Part shown: positions 1 through 11,929 of the stretch, one piece after another
Layout of the letters: each line of letters starts with the position of its first letter
How positions within the stretch are numbered: the first letter of the stretch is position 1
From: Eledone cirrhosa
Lineage: Eukaryota
Length of the DNA stretch: 64,000 nucleotides
Assembly: GCA_964016885.1 (NCBI GenBank)
Contig: OZ024741.1
Location: 117,862,001-117,926,000 of the forward strand
Direction: 5' to 3'
Translations under genes and position numbers: made by a program
Notes under the pieces: model-generated
Told to the model about the DNA's origin: nothing
The model's database searches: none
What the model saw: the letters and a program-made list of their open reading frames with translations, nothing else

Positions 1-62
<62 letters not shown>

Positions 63-120
63 AAGGCTCTGATACCATCAACACTATAAACACAGAGCTG
101 GCATATCTAAGAACTGACTA

Positions 121-176
121 ACTGCCTGATGAGGTCATAGCCATTCAATGGTTATCATCGAAATATATATAGCAGT
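121..176 (+). ncRNA. Type I hammerhead ribozyme in a ~160-bp PLE-terminus-like fragment (60-221) between (TA)n tracts
   Basis: ACTGC-CTGATGA-[stem II containing ATAGCCA/TGGTTAT]-GAAA-TATATA-TA-GCAGT; stem I ACTGC/GCAGT; palindromic stem III. Confidence 0.8.
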
Positions 177-217
177 AAATAAAGGATTATGAGTTCATGC
201 AATTGACTTATGTTTCG

Positions 218-258
<41 letters not shown>

Positions 259-260
<2 letters not shown>

Positions 261-560
261 TCATCATCATCATCATCACCGTTTTACGTCCGTTCTTCCA
301 CGCTAGCATGGGTTAGACGGGTTGTCCTGTTGTGGGCAGTGTCTGGTCGGCTGACCATGCCTTGCTCATACAGGAACTGATCTGGCTTGATTTCTACAGC
401 TGGATGCCCTTCCTAACACCAACCTCATTTACAGTGAGTGCTGGGTGCTTTTTCGTGGCGCCTACACGTCCACTTTACAGTGTGGGCTGGGTGCTTTTTT
501 GCCGTGGCACCTCCACGACCACCTTGCGGTGGGGGGGGGGGGGCATATTGTTTATATACT
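259..560 (-). repeat. Interspersed SINE/LINE-tail repeat with (GAT)n tail; related pieces at 1330-1608 and 10285-10385
   Basis: Shared motif GTTAGGAAGGGCATCCAGCTGTAGAAA in all three; (ATG)n/(CAT)n terminus in two. Confidence 0.6.
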
Positions 561-1057
561 TCAGCATGTACCCATGGGAGGTCGGGTACCCTGTATTACT
601 GCGTGACGCCAGAAGTCACGGTCGTGTGTCATAGACTTTGAGAGGTGTAGTTGGGTAAGGTCGGCTTTTATCACCTCATCCCAAGTCATCTTGGGTCTCC
701 CCACTCCGCGGTTTCCATCAACTTCTAGTGCTCTGCACCTTTTTATGCAGCTGTCATCCTTCATACGCATCACATGTCCATACCAGCGTAACCGCCTCTC
801 CTGCACGCAGCATTTGATTCCTCTTATGCTCAGTCTCTCTCTCAATTCATTTATGCTTTGTCGTTCACGTATATTACTGTTACACATCCATCGGAGCATG
901 CAGGCTTCGTTTCTCTCTAATCTACGTAAGTCTTCCACCTTCAGCGCCCAGGTCTCACTACCATGCAACATCGCTGTTCGGATACACGCATCATACAGTC
1001 TGCCTTTCATTCTGAGGGAGAAGCCTTTTGCAGCTAGCAGTGGTAGTAGTTCCCTAA
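561..1057 (-). mobile_element. RTE-clade LINE 3' fragment, same family as 52042-53700
   Basis: Translation MLHGSETW...RRLRWYGHVMRM...GRPKMTW; near-identical to 53260-53700. Confidence 0.9.
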
Positions 1058-1086
1058 ACTATATATATATATATATATAATGCATA

Positions 1087-1123
<37 letters not shown>

Positions 1124-1639
1124 GGGACGACCTGATAAACTCCGACCTCACACACACCTCTCCAAGACAATGTCACTGGACCGAGATCTTTGGCGGCACT
1201 CAGTAATAGAGAAGACCCGCCTTACCTAAATACAAAGTAAAACCTACTACAGTTAGTAGGCATCTCTAACAAAATACACCACCGTCCCGCCACCCCCACC
1301 CCATCTACACCGCCCCTTTCAATGTAAAGTTATGTTGGTGCCACAACATCCAGGCCGAAACAAATGAGATCGTGTAGGTGTCACGACAAAAAACACACAG
1401 TCCACGCTGTAATATGGCCGTGTAGGCAACACGGTAAAAACCTCCCAGTCCCACACTGTAAATGTGGTTGGTGTTAGGAAGGGCATCCAGCTGTAGAAAA
1501 CCCGCCAGACAGTCCTATGCGAGCAAGACAACCACTCTTGCCTCAAGTGGGAAAACTCCCGTCCAAACCCATGCAAGCGTGGAACATGGACGTTAAACGA
1601 TGATGATGATATATATATATATATATATATAAATATATA

Positions 1640-2574
1640 ATGCATATATATATATATATTTTTGCCTTAACTCTCCTGCTCTGAGCCAGTGTTACAGTAA
1701 AGCCAGAGTCCTGGTGTTTCTCCAGTGCAAGGCGCATACAATAGTCCACTACGATGATAAAAAGGTAGGGAGCCAATGTATCTCCCTGGAACACTCCAGC
1801 CAGTATCTCAAAGAACTCTGTCATCCCATCAGGTGTAATGAGTTGGGCTTTGGTGTTGGTGTAGAGCGGTGATATCAGGTCTACTAGCTTCTTGGGGATT
1901 CCATGGGCTGAGAACGAATGAGATTAAGACAAAATATCTGGTAGAGAATATTAAGACGCCAGAGAAGATTACTAATGTAGGCGGGAAGTTGCTAGAATTG
2001 GTTGAAGACTTCCTGTATTTGGGAGCAAAGATTGGGAATACGGAAGATGATGTGGTCAAGAGGAAGAGCAAAGCCTGGACGGTGTGTCACAGCTTGAGAT
2101 CGGTGTGAAAGTCGGACCTTCGTAAAGACCTGAAGATCTGCCTCTTCGTTGCTGTAGTGGAGTCTGTGCTGCTGTATGGGTCTGAGACTTGGACACTGAC
2201 CAAGAAACTCACTCAGATGGTGGATGGGTGCTACACGAGAATGCTGAGGATGGCTCTGAACATTAATCAGTATACACTGAGGCTGAAGAACTCAGAGCCG
2301 AACGGGAGCCTCCCAAAAGTCAGCTCAAAAGTGACACAGATGAGACTGAGGTTAGCTGGGCATGCTCACTGACATCCAGAGTTGATACTGCATTCAGTGC
2401 TCCTGTGGGAGTCCCTGCATGGACACACTGGAAGAGGAAGACCAAAGTTAACATATGTTGATGCCCTAAGGACAGACACTGCTCTGTTGGAGATGCAGGA
2501 CATGGCATCGATAATGAGGGACAGAGACTGCTGGAGAGAACTCGTCCATGCATCTCAGGAATTTTACCCGCCCT

Positions 2575-2576
<2 letters not shown>
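1640..2576 (+). mobile_element. RTE-like LINE (second family), 5'-truncated with an inverted 5' segment (1640-1868 minus; ~1895-2576 plus)
   Basis: Minus: GVFQGDTLAPYLFIIVVD (RT motif). Plus: VEDFLYLGA, ESVLLYGSETW, RLRLAGH, GRPKLTYVD. Ends CCGCCCTAG directly into (TA)n, like the copy at 59914. Confidence 0.85.
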
Positions 2577-2661
<85 letters not shown>

Positions 2662-4654
2662 ATACACACACATATATATATATATATACATACACACACA
2701 CATACATATATATATATTCTCCATTTATTTTATATGTATTTATCTTACCAATTTTCCTATGGTTCAGAACAATGTGTTGTATGTTAGAATAGAAGGCAGC
2801 AAAATTAACAGAATTATGAGAATGCTTGAGAAATTACCTTGCAGTATTTGTTCCAGCTGTCAGTGCTCTGAGTTCAAATCCCTCCTTTTCATGGTGGTAG
2901 TGGAGGGAGCGGGGTCAGTAAACAAAGTACCAGTCCAGGGGTCAAGTAGATTGGCAGAATTGTTAAAGGATAGGATGTCTTATAGTATCTGTTCCAGCTT
3001 TCTTTTATGTACAGAGTTTACTGGTGCTGTTATTTGTGCCAAGCGTTAACCATTAAACAAAATAAGCATGTGCTTAGGACCTCAAGTAAAGAAGGCCCCT
3101 CATAGAAATTTTTTTCCAGCGCCAGATTTACAATAGACTATGGTGTAATGTTACACCTGAACCATGGCCCATACAAAGGGGGCCTCCATAATCCTTTTGA
3201 TAGTTAGGCCAGGCCCATTGCTAGGCTTTAGTGTCAGAGGTGGGTTGGTTTGTGTTGGCAATTTCAGAGCACTTTGGGCGGGTACTCTAATTTGCAATAA
3301 TTCTAAGGCAGAGTTTTAGGATACCACCATAGACTTTTCTAGATCTGAGGGTACGCCATTAAAAAGTAAAGGAAGAGTGGGGTGTAGTGCCATCCAATGC
3401 ACCCCACCACCCCTAATAGCGACTTAGGCCCCTAAATATCTAATCTTAATCTGGCCCAAATTTCTACCTTTCCTTTGGACAGCCTTGGTGGAATGCAGAG
3501 GTGAGATTTACATGCTTGACCAGTTTCTGGTCTTCACTAAAATAAAATAAAAAATATATATTAAAAAAAAAATTTACCCAGACCTACATCTTGGAGAGAA
3601 ACTTTCCTAGTGCAGATCCATGGTCTCATGATATATACAGAGGGCCTCTGTCTATATTGTATGCAAGCATGGTCTTGCAACTACTGAGGGAGTCATAAGG
3701 GCGCCATATTGCCATACAGTATTTCTAGGGCATTTCTATACAGTAGATTTCTTCCAGAGAAGGATAGAGAGTGAGAGAATAGAAGTGAGAAAGAGATATA
3801 GAGGAAGAATCGACTCCAGTACTACACTGGTACTTTTTTTTATCAACCAATATATGCTGTATATATTAGCATGGGTCAACTTCCCTCTAAGTCTCTGGGT
3901 AATGTTATATGAATAAATGGAACCTGTTGTTTTATAGCCAAATAACTCAGATAAGGCTGGTACATATATATATATATATATATATTTGGGTTTTTTTTTT
4001 TTCTGTTTGACTAATACACATAAAGTACTGTTCTTCGTTTAAAGACAAGATGCAACAATTGAATTTACCACTATTTAAACCTATCACTAAATCTTATGCA
4101 TTTTACTGTTTCATTTTTTGTAATCATTTTTTTTAAATGTCTATGCCGTTGTTGATGACAACGAAATGAGGCCCAGTGACTAGATAAACATGTGTTCAAA
4201 TGTTGTTACAGCCAGTGTTGTGCCTCTGAGCAAGATACATAACTCTGCTTCTACACTTTAACTCAGAAAATAAATAAAAACAAAACAAAATAAAAAATAT
4301 ATAAATAAATAAAACTTCTAATTTAAAATTATAAATATTTTCCTGTCTTTTAGGAAGCATTTTGTTGCTACACAGATATTTCATCGATTTGTGTCAGCAG
4401 TGGCTTTCATCATGTTGTATATATCTTAACAGATTCCTGTGTATATATATATATAACTTAATTATGAAATACTTGTACATGGGTGCTGGGATGTGTGCGT
4501 GATTAAGAATTTTGCCTCGAAGCCATTCAATTTTGGATTCGATCGCACTGCTCAGCACCTTGGGTACATGTCTTCCATCATAGAATCTACCTCAGGTTGA
4601 CTAATTTCTTGTGAATAAAATTTGGTACACAGAAACTGTCTAGAACCACCAGTG

Positions 4655-5400
4655 GCTTTAAAGAAAAGATTACCTATCTAGAAAACACCCCAACACCACT
4701 TAGGAGAAATAGGCATAGGCAAATTAGTTGGTACAACCGAGAGGGATCTACACCAATAGCTAGGACTTACTTCAAATTGCTGAATAAACACTTCCCCTAA
4801 CAACATAGGTACTACACTATCTTTAATAAGGATATGATAAGACTCTCCTACTCCACTACACCTAATTTAGCTAAATTAAATAAGCCTACTACCTCTGAAA
4901 CCTAACCCCTGGATGGGAGCCTTGTGCAACTGCCACAACAAGGAAGTGTATCCACTTGAAAACAAATGCCTGATGACTGGCATCGTATAGAAATGCGATG
5001 TTGTCTCAGGCATTGGGCATTGATGACAACAACAAAAAAACATATATTGGAATGACATCCAACAAATTTAAGACCCGGTGGTATGCCCATACCCACTCGT
5101 TTAGAAGACCAGATAAATCCAATCAAACACCGCTTGCCACTGATATCTGGGACCTCAAGAGGAACTCCACCCCTTTCACGCTCAAATGGAAATAACTCCA
5201 GAGAGCATACTCATACATAGGAGAACACAAGTGTTGCGACCTTTGTATTTCAGAGAGCTATGATATACTATTTACCAAGGACCCGACACTGAACAAACTC
5301 TCTGAACACAGCCCGAACTGCATGCACAAAAACTATGCAACATATAAATCCTACAAACTGGTTCTGTCCCAAGAACAATAGTTTAAAAAAACACCTCATA
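4655..5400 (+). pseudogene. Decayed Penelope-like element fragment (linker plus GIY-YIG endonuclease), related to 30553-32230
   Basis: YIGMTSNKFKTRWYAHTHSFRRPDKSNQT matches the 31.9-kb ORF; frameshifts and stops. Confidence 0.85.
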
Positions 5401-5532
5401 ATATCCCCTCCCTCACCCTCAATCTACGCCTACTTTCGGTACGCCTCACAGTATTGAGGTTCTGTAAGTACCCTTTACCTACTTGTATAAGCGTACTTGT
5501 ATGTATGAAATATGTGTGTGTATATATATATA

Positions 5533-5613
<81 letters not shown>

Positions 5614-5625
5614 TTAATATAGATG

Positions 5626-5676
5626 AGATTCTACAGGACTAGAACTGTTTCATTCATTAGAAATCATCAGGAATCT
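5626..5676 (-). ncRNA. Hammerhead ribozyme, family shared with 10825, 29833, 36894 and 56611
   Basis: Minus strand: AGATTC-CTGATGA-TTTCTAATGAAT-GAAA-CAG(TTCTAGTC)CTG-TA-GAATCT. Confidence 0.8.
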
Positions 5677-6215
5677 GGGTATCAAAAAATAAATATGGTA
5701 TTTATAGGTCTCTACAAGTGGTAGGAGAGGGTGGGGTGTGGGATGGGTGCAGGTCATTGGTTGATAGAAAAGGGAATTCATTAAAAGCTAATTCTACAAA
5801 GCTATAGTTAATTTATATTTATTTATGTTTTTAGAGTAACAAAGGCAGACAGAATTCTATAAACAGGTTCCGGATGGCATACCATTCCTTGTCAATAAGT
5901 TTCTCTTAAGCTAGCAGATGTCTATAAAATCAGTGGGGGGTCATTCATGCTCGATAGAATTAAAGAGAAGGGAGATTCTTTAAAAGCTAAAGTCATTAAG
6001 GTTCTACTAAGTGACAAAGGTCTAGGGAATTCTGCAGACAGATTCAAAATACTGAGTGCATATCTTACTATTATCTTCGAACTTCTCTTAAACTAATCAA
6101 CAATATGCCAAATCAACAGACACATTCACAAAAAAACAAAAAAACCCCAAAAAACAAAAAAAACAGATAAACAAAAAAAACCACACCTAAAAAACAAAAA
6201 AACACACATACTCAC

Positions 6216-6423
6216 TCACACATTTACGCGCAACCATAAACACACACACAAACACATATACACACATAAAAACACACACACATATATAAAAAATATATAA
6301 ATATATACAAATATATATTCATGTACACACACATACATACACACATACATACATACATACATAAATAAAATACATATACACATATACATACGCACACATA
6401 TATATATATATATATATAAATAC

Positions 6424-6476
<53 letters not shown>

Positions 6477-6578
6477 TACATATACACATATATATATATA
6501 TATACACACATACACACACACACACATACATACATATATATATACATACACACATATACATACATATATATACAAATA

Positions 6579-6637
<59 letters not shown>

Positions 6638-6879
6638 ACACACACACATACACATACATACACACATACACACATATAAACACAAATAAATACACTCACA
6701 CGCATACATACAAACACGAGTATACATATGTATAAATATCTATACACACACACATACACACACATATATATATGTGTATATATATACACATATATATACA
6801 CACATACATACACACATATATACACATATACACATATATATACATACACATATACACATATATATATATATATATATAC

Positions 6880-6936
<57 letters not shown>

Positions 6937-6991
6937 TACATACATACATACACACACATATATACATATATCTCTATACACACACATACAG

Positions 6992-7042
<51 letters not shown>

Positions 7043-7043
7043 T

Positions 7044-7107
<64 letters not shown>

Positions 7108-7186
7108 GCGCATACACACATACACACACCCACACACAAAATATATATACACACACACACTCTCTCTCTCATGCACATATATATAT

Positions 7187-7234
<48 letters not shown>

Positions 7235-7365
7235 CATACATATACATACACATATACATATATGTATATATACACACACACATACAAATACATACATACA
7301 TACACATACACATATATATACATATATACATATATATACACATATATATATATACATATATATAT

Positions 7366-7397
<32 letters not shown>
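6216..7397. repeat. Compound (TA)n/(CA)n/(TACA)n microsatellite
   Basis: Direct inspection; source of many spurious YI/CV ORFs. Confidence 0.95.
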
Positions 7398-7404
<7 letters not shown>

Positions 7405-7533
7405 AGAAATAGGACGAAGGTAAACAGTTACAAAAGGATTTAATCCACGTATTAACAATTGTTTCATAAGAATTTCAGTCCATTATTGCTACACTATGTT
7501 ATAATAGGCAATCAAGAAAGATACTGTGGCATC

Positions 7534-7566
<33 letters not shown>

Positions 7567-7852
7567 CAACTTTGTATTTTGAAAATTCGGATGCCACAGT
7601 ATCTTTCTTGATTGCCTATTATTACATAGTGTAGCAATAATGGACTGAAATTCTTATGAAACAATTGTTAATACGTGGATTAAATCCTTTTGTAACTGTT
7701 TACCTTCGTCCTATTTCTCTTTTTTGATTACACTCCTCGTTTGTTCGTGTTTCCACTACAGAATCCCTACCAACCTGTCGAGTCACCTTAACGTATGTTG
7801 ATAACTTTCCTCACAACTTGTTCTACCAAGCTTTGGAATATTCCTAATTACT
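7398..7852 (+). mobile_element. Fold-back palindrome (7398-7725) plus one-sided tail (7726-7852) in (TA)n; candidate variant HHR at 7573-7675
   Basis: ~140-bp near-perfect inverted arms. TGTATT-TTGAAAA...GAAA-CAATTG-TT-AATACG; stem II is irregular. Confidence 0.75.
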
Positions 7853-7869
7853 GTATATATATATATATA

Positions 7870-9157
7870 CAGGGTGCGGACGATATTTGTTCGCAAGATT
7901 ACTGTCTTGGAAAAAATAACACAGTAGTTTTATTTTTTAAGATATATTTATCAAACTTGGGTCAGTTTGTCTTCATGACTTGTTCTTTCGATGTCACTCA
8001 ATAAACCCGCCATTGGCTTTGATGACGGTCTCAAGGCGGCCTCGGAACTGGCTACAGGCCTTCGTCACTGTACCCCAACTTAGGCCCCTAAAGGCACCTG
8101 TGATCCTGGCCTTCAGATCGTCTTTCGTATTGCAGCTAGATCTGTTGGTGTCTCGTTCCACTGCGCCCCACACAAAGAAGTCGAGGGGGTTGCAGTCAGG
8201 CGAGCTGGGAGGCCAGATGTCAGGTGAAGTGTGGTCGACGAAGTTCTCTGACAGCCAGGCTTGGGTCTTTCGGCTGGTATGGCAGGGTGTTGAGTCTTGC
8301 TGCCACACGTATGGCCTACCTACAGCTACCTGGTCGATCCAGGGCTTTACTACCTTGCTCAGAACGTGGATGTAGCCATCGGTGTTCAGCTTGAGGCCCT
8401 CAGGGAAGAAGTGAGGTGGTATGACGACACCTAAGACCAATGTTGTCGCTGGAAACTTTGTCTGCATAACTCTGGGCACGTCTTTGGATGAGACAGCGAG
8501 CCACCTGTTGTTCTGGGAGTTGATCTTCTGGTCTTGGCAGAAGTTTTTCTCGTCGGAGAAAAACCACAGCATGTCTGGCTCCAGTGGGTGTTTCAAGTTG
8601 TTGATCAGCTTCTTTGTGTGCTTCAGTCGCTTTTCTTGCATCGCCTTTGACAGAAATTATCCTTTCCTCATCTTGTATGAAATGTAGCGAATGCCTTCAT
8701 GTACCACCAGCCTAATGAGCTTTTCATCCACGCCTTTCTCCCTTGCAATGGCATGCATCAACTTGCTAGGTTCATTGTTGATGATATCCTGAACTTCAGC
8801 GACGAACTCGGGTGTTCTGAGGGCGTCAGATTGTCGATCATGTGTTTTCCTCTCTGATGTTGCTTCGTAGTCGAATCCTGAATCTTCCAATTCCTTTCTG
8901 ACCTTTTCCACCATTCTCTGCTGACGCTGAGAAAGTCTGAAATTTCCTTATTTGTCCTCCCGGCGCGGATTCCAAGAAGAACTCTGTGTCTCTTCCACAA
9001 ATTTGGAGGTTCAAAATTATTCATAATCAATTATTCTGAAAATAAATAATGGAAATATAGTCACTGTTTTTATGAAGGCAAGAGTGACAACGGAAATAAA
9101 AAAAATTTGCATAAAATTAGCAGTTGAAAATTGCGAACAAATATCATCCACACCCTG
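7870..9157 (-). mobile_element. Tc1/mariner superfamily DD37D (maT) transposon with disrupted transposase (7994-9030)
   Basis: TIRs CAGGGTGCGGACGATATTTGTTCGCAA / TTGCGAACAAATATCATCCACACCCTG; WFFSDEK, QQD-(37 aa)-D in WPPSSPDCNPLD; ORF split in three. Confidence 0.92.
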
Positions 9158-9365
9158 TGTATATATATACATATATATATATATAGTAATAATAATAAAT
9201 TTTAAGACTAAAATCCAAAGAGGGCTCGGTAAGGATGAATATATATCAGATATATAAGAACTGTAGAAGATCCCGTTAAGGGTGAAAGCAGCGATTCTTT
9301 GCTTAAACTTTAATCTGTTATTTTAATAAATATATATATATTGGCAACATGACCCTCCCAAAGTA

Positions 9366-9369
<4 letters not shown>

Positions 9370-9406
<37 letters not shown>

Positions 9407-9424
9407 ATATTTATATAATAATAT

Positions 9425-9472
<48 letters not shown>

Positions 9473-9564
9473 TATATATATATATATATTAATATATATA
9501 TATATATATATATATTAATATATATATATATATATTAATATATATTAATATATATATATATATA

Positions 9565-9598
<34 letters not shown>

Positions 9599-9614
9599 TA
9601 TATATATATATATA

Positions 9615-9648
<34 letters not shown>

Positions 9649-9802
9649 TATATATATATATATATATATATTAATATATATATATATATATATTAATATA
9701 TATATATATATATATTAATATATATATATATATATATTAATATATATATATATATATATTAATATATATATATATATATATATTAATATATATATATATA
9801 TA

Positions 9803-9836
<34 letters not shown>

Positions 9837-9975
9837 TATAGTATATATATATATATTAATATATATATATATATATATTAATATATATATATATATATTA
9901 ATATATATATATATATATTAATATATATATATATTAATATATATATATATATATTAATATATATATATATATATA

Positions 9976-10051
<76 letters not shown>

Positions 10052-10087
10052 TATATATATATATATATATATTAATATATATATATA

Positions 10088-10150
<63 letters not shown>
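9370..10150. repeat. (TA)n tract with periodic TTAA interruptions
   Basis: Direct inspection. Confidence 0.95.
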
Positions 10151-10152
<2 letters not shown>

Positions 10153-10284
10153 AAGCACATGGCTTAGTGGTTAGAGCATTGGCCTTGCAATAGAAAGGTT
10201 GTGAGTTCAATTCTCAGAACTGGTGATGTGTTGTTTCCTTGAGCAAGACACTTTATTTCACATTGCTCCAGTTTACTCAGCTGA
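10151..10284 (+). mobile_element. tRNA-derived SINE (relatives at 26290-26539 minus and 54911-55080 plus)
   Basis: A box TGGCTTAGTGG, B-box-like GAGTTCAATTC, core CCTTGAGCAAGACACTT...CACATTGCTCCAGT. Confidence 0.8.
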
Positions 10285-10621
10285 AGGAATGGAGGTGCCA
10301 TGGCAAGAAAGCACCCATCACTCACTGTAAATGAGGTTGGTGTTAGGAAGGGCATCCAGCTGTAGAAATCAAGCCAGGGAAAAGTGGATGTAAAAAATGA
10401 AATGAAAAAAAAAAATGTGTGTGTGTGTATATTTGTATATATGTGTATGAGTGTGTATATATGCATGTATAGATGTGTATATATATATATGTATGTGTGT
10501 ATGTATATATTCCTGCTATCGTGGAAGAACGGACGTAAAATGATATATATATATATATGTGTTGTCCAATGGGCAGAAAAGAACAATATGCTGCTGAACG
10601 AATACATACACATACATATAT

Positions 10622-10775
10622 ATAACAAAGGAATTGTGGTAAGGAATCTGATGGACCATAACGCACCAAAGTACTCAATACTTAGGGTAGTAGAGTGGGT
10701 AATAGGAACAATTATGACCCCGACGGCAGAGCTCAAGCCGTTTCGACGGCTATTTCTGGACTAAATAAAAATTTT
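10622..10775 (-). mobile_element. 3' terminus of the PLE-like 'GAGCTCAGCCGTC' family (copies at 11130-11282, 19440-19620, 19865-19927, 55331-55531, 56080-56240, 61950-62136)
   Basis: Shared tail TACCCACTCTACTACCCTAAGTATTGAGTACTTTGGTGCGTTATGGTCC; carries the 3' half of an HHR (GAAACGGC...GCCGTC). Confidence 0.8.
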
Positions 10776-10824
10776 TACCAACCAACAGGAAATGTATAAA
10801 TACCACCATAACACATTAACAGTC

Positions 10825-10876
10825 GGCTTTCCTGATGATTTCCTTCAAATGAAACAGTTCTAGTCCTGTAGAAGCC
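10825..10876 (+). ncRNA. Hammerhead ribozyme followed by a PLE tail (to ~10950)
   Basis: GGCTTTC-CTGATGA-TTTCCTTCAAAT-GAAA-CAG(TTCTAGTC)CTG-TA-GAAGCC; tail ends CCCCGATTGAACCCGGGA as at 56740 and (similar, reverse strand) 29750. Confidence 0.8.
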
Positions 10877-10981
10877 ATTTCTATATTAAATATTTATACT
10901 CAGCTATGTATTGAGTACTTATTGTGGTTACCCCCGATTGAACCCGGGATACAAACACACACATATGTGTGTGTGTATGCA

Positions 10982-11018
<37 letters not shown>

Positions 11019-11565
11019 AGTAAGGTTACTTGGAGGCGTCCATAGGTGGTATGTCATTTAAGCACTGTGCATCACTGATTCTTCATTTTCCATATTATAT
11101 ATATATGTGTGTGTGTATATATATATATATAACAAAGAGGGTGTGGTAAGATACCTTATAGACCATAATGCACCAGAGTACTCAATACTTAGAGTAGTAA
11201 AGTGGGTAATATGGAAAGAGCCATGACCCCAACTGTTGAGCATCGGCAGTTTCGACAGCTCTGTCATCAGGGTCCTGACTCCTATATATATATACACATA
11301 CACACACATTTGTGTGTGAGTGTGTCTACATGCATGCAGGTATATGTATGTTGTTTGTGTATGATGTAAAAATAATGTAAAATCTTAGTGAGTAGAACTG
11401 CTTATAGGGAGGCAACTCCTTAAAGGGACGTAACTCAACAAGTGGTCTTAGCCAAATGAGTGGTTTCACCATAGTTATGATTTTTCATGTAATATAATAA
11501 ATTGTACACTTTTATAAGGTCACAACTATTTGTATGTATGTATATTTATGTTTATATATATATAT

Positions 11566-11735
11566 ACGAGGGTCAGCTGAAAAGTTCATAGCCTGAATAT
11601 GAATGATTGATGCTATTGCTGTGAAATCTTGCATGCATCAATTTCAACTCTTCGTATTAATAACTACAGTTTCTTTCCAGAGACTATGTTGAAAAATAAA
11701 CCTCATTTGGTCAGGTCATGAGCTTTTCAGTATCT
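11566..11735. mobile_element. Mariner-like MITE, decayed
   Basis: TA-CGAGGGTCAGCTGAAAAGTTCAT at left; ATGAGCTTTTCAG partial inverted copy at right. Confidence 0.5.
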
Positions 11736-11893
11736 ATCTATCTATCTATATCTATATCTATATATATCTATATATATATCTAAATCTATATATATATATG
11801 TGTGTGTGTGTAAAAGGTAAGCAGAATTAACATGATCAGTACAGTATATGGAAGGAATATATTAGGTTAACACTTGAAATAGCAGGAAGAAGG

Positions 11894-11929
11894 TCTTAAC
11901 GTTTCGGACGCTAGTCCTTCATCAGAAGA
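11894..11929 (-). ncRNA. Minimal hammerhead ribozyme in a PLE-like terminus starting ~11812; decayed paralog at 19176-19345
   Basis: Minus strand: TCTT-CTGATGA-A-GGAC(TAGC)GTCC-GAAA-CG-TT-AAGA. Confidence 0.8.

Noticed and set aside
6216-7467. Many long ORFs ([12 protein letters not shown]), also near 27, 28.3, 33, 55.7 and 59.7 kb
   Set aside because: Translations of dinucleotide microsatellites that lack stop codons.
9256-9300. HHR-like string AGAA-CTGTAGA...GAAA-GCAGC-GA-TTCT
   Set aside because: Core mismatch and no NUH triplet; too degenerate to call.
10151-10225. tRNA gene (also 26470-26539 and 54911-54980)
   Set aside because: A/B boxes continue into SINE core sequence and no cloverleaf is evident.
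11235-11282. Apparent minus-strand CTGATGA...GAAA hammerhead
   Set aside because: CTGATGA appears to be a mutated inverted arm (compare CCGATGG at 55339 and 56099); stem II is not plausible.
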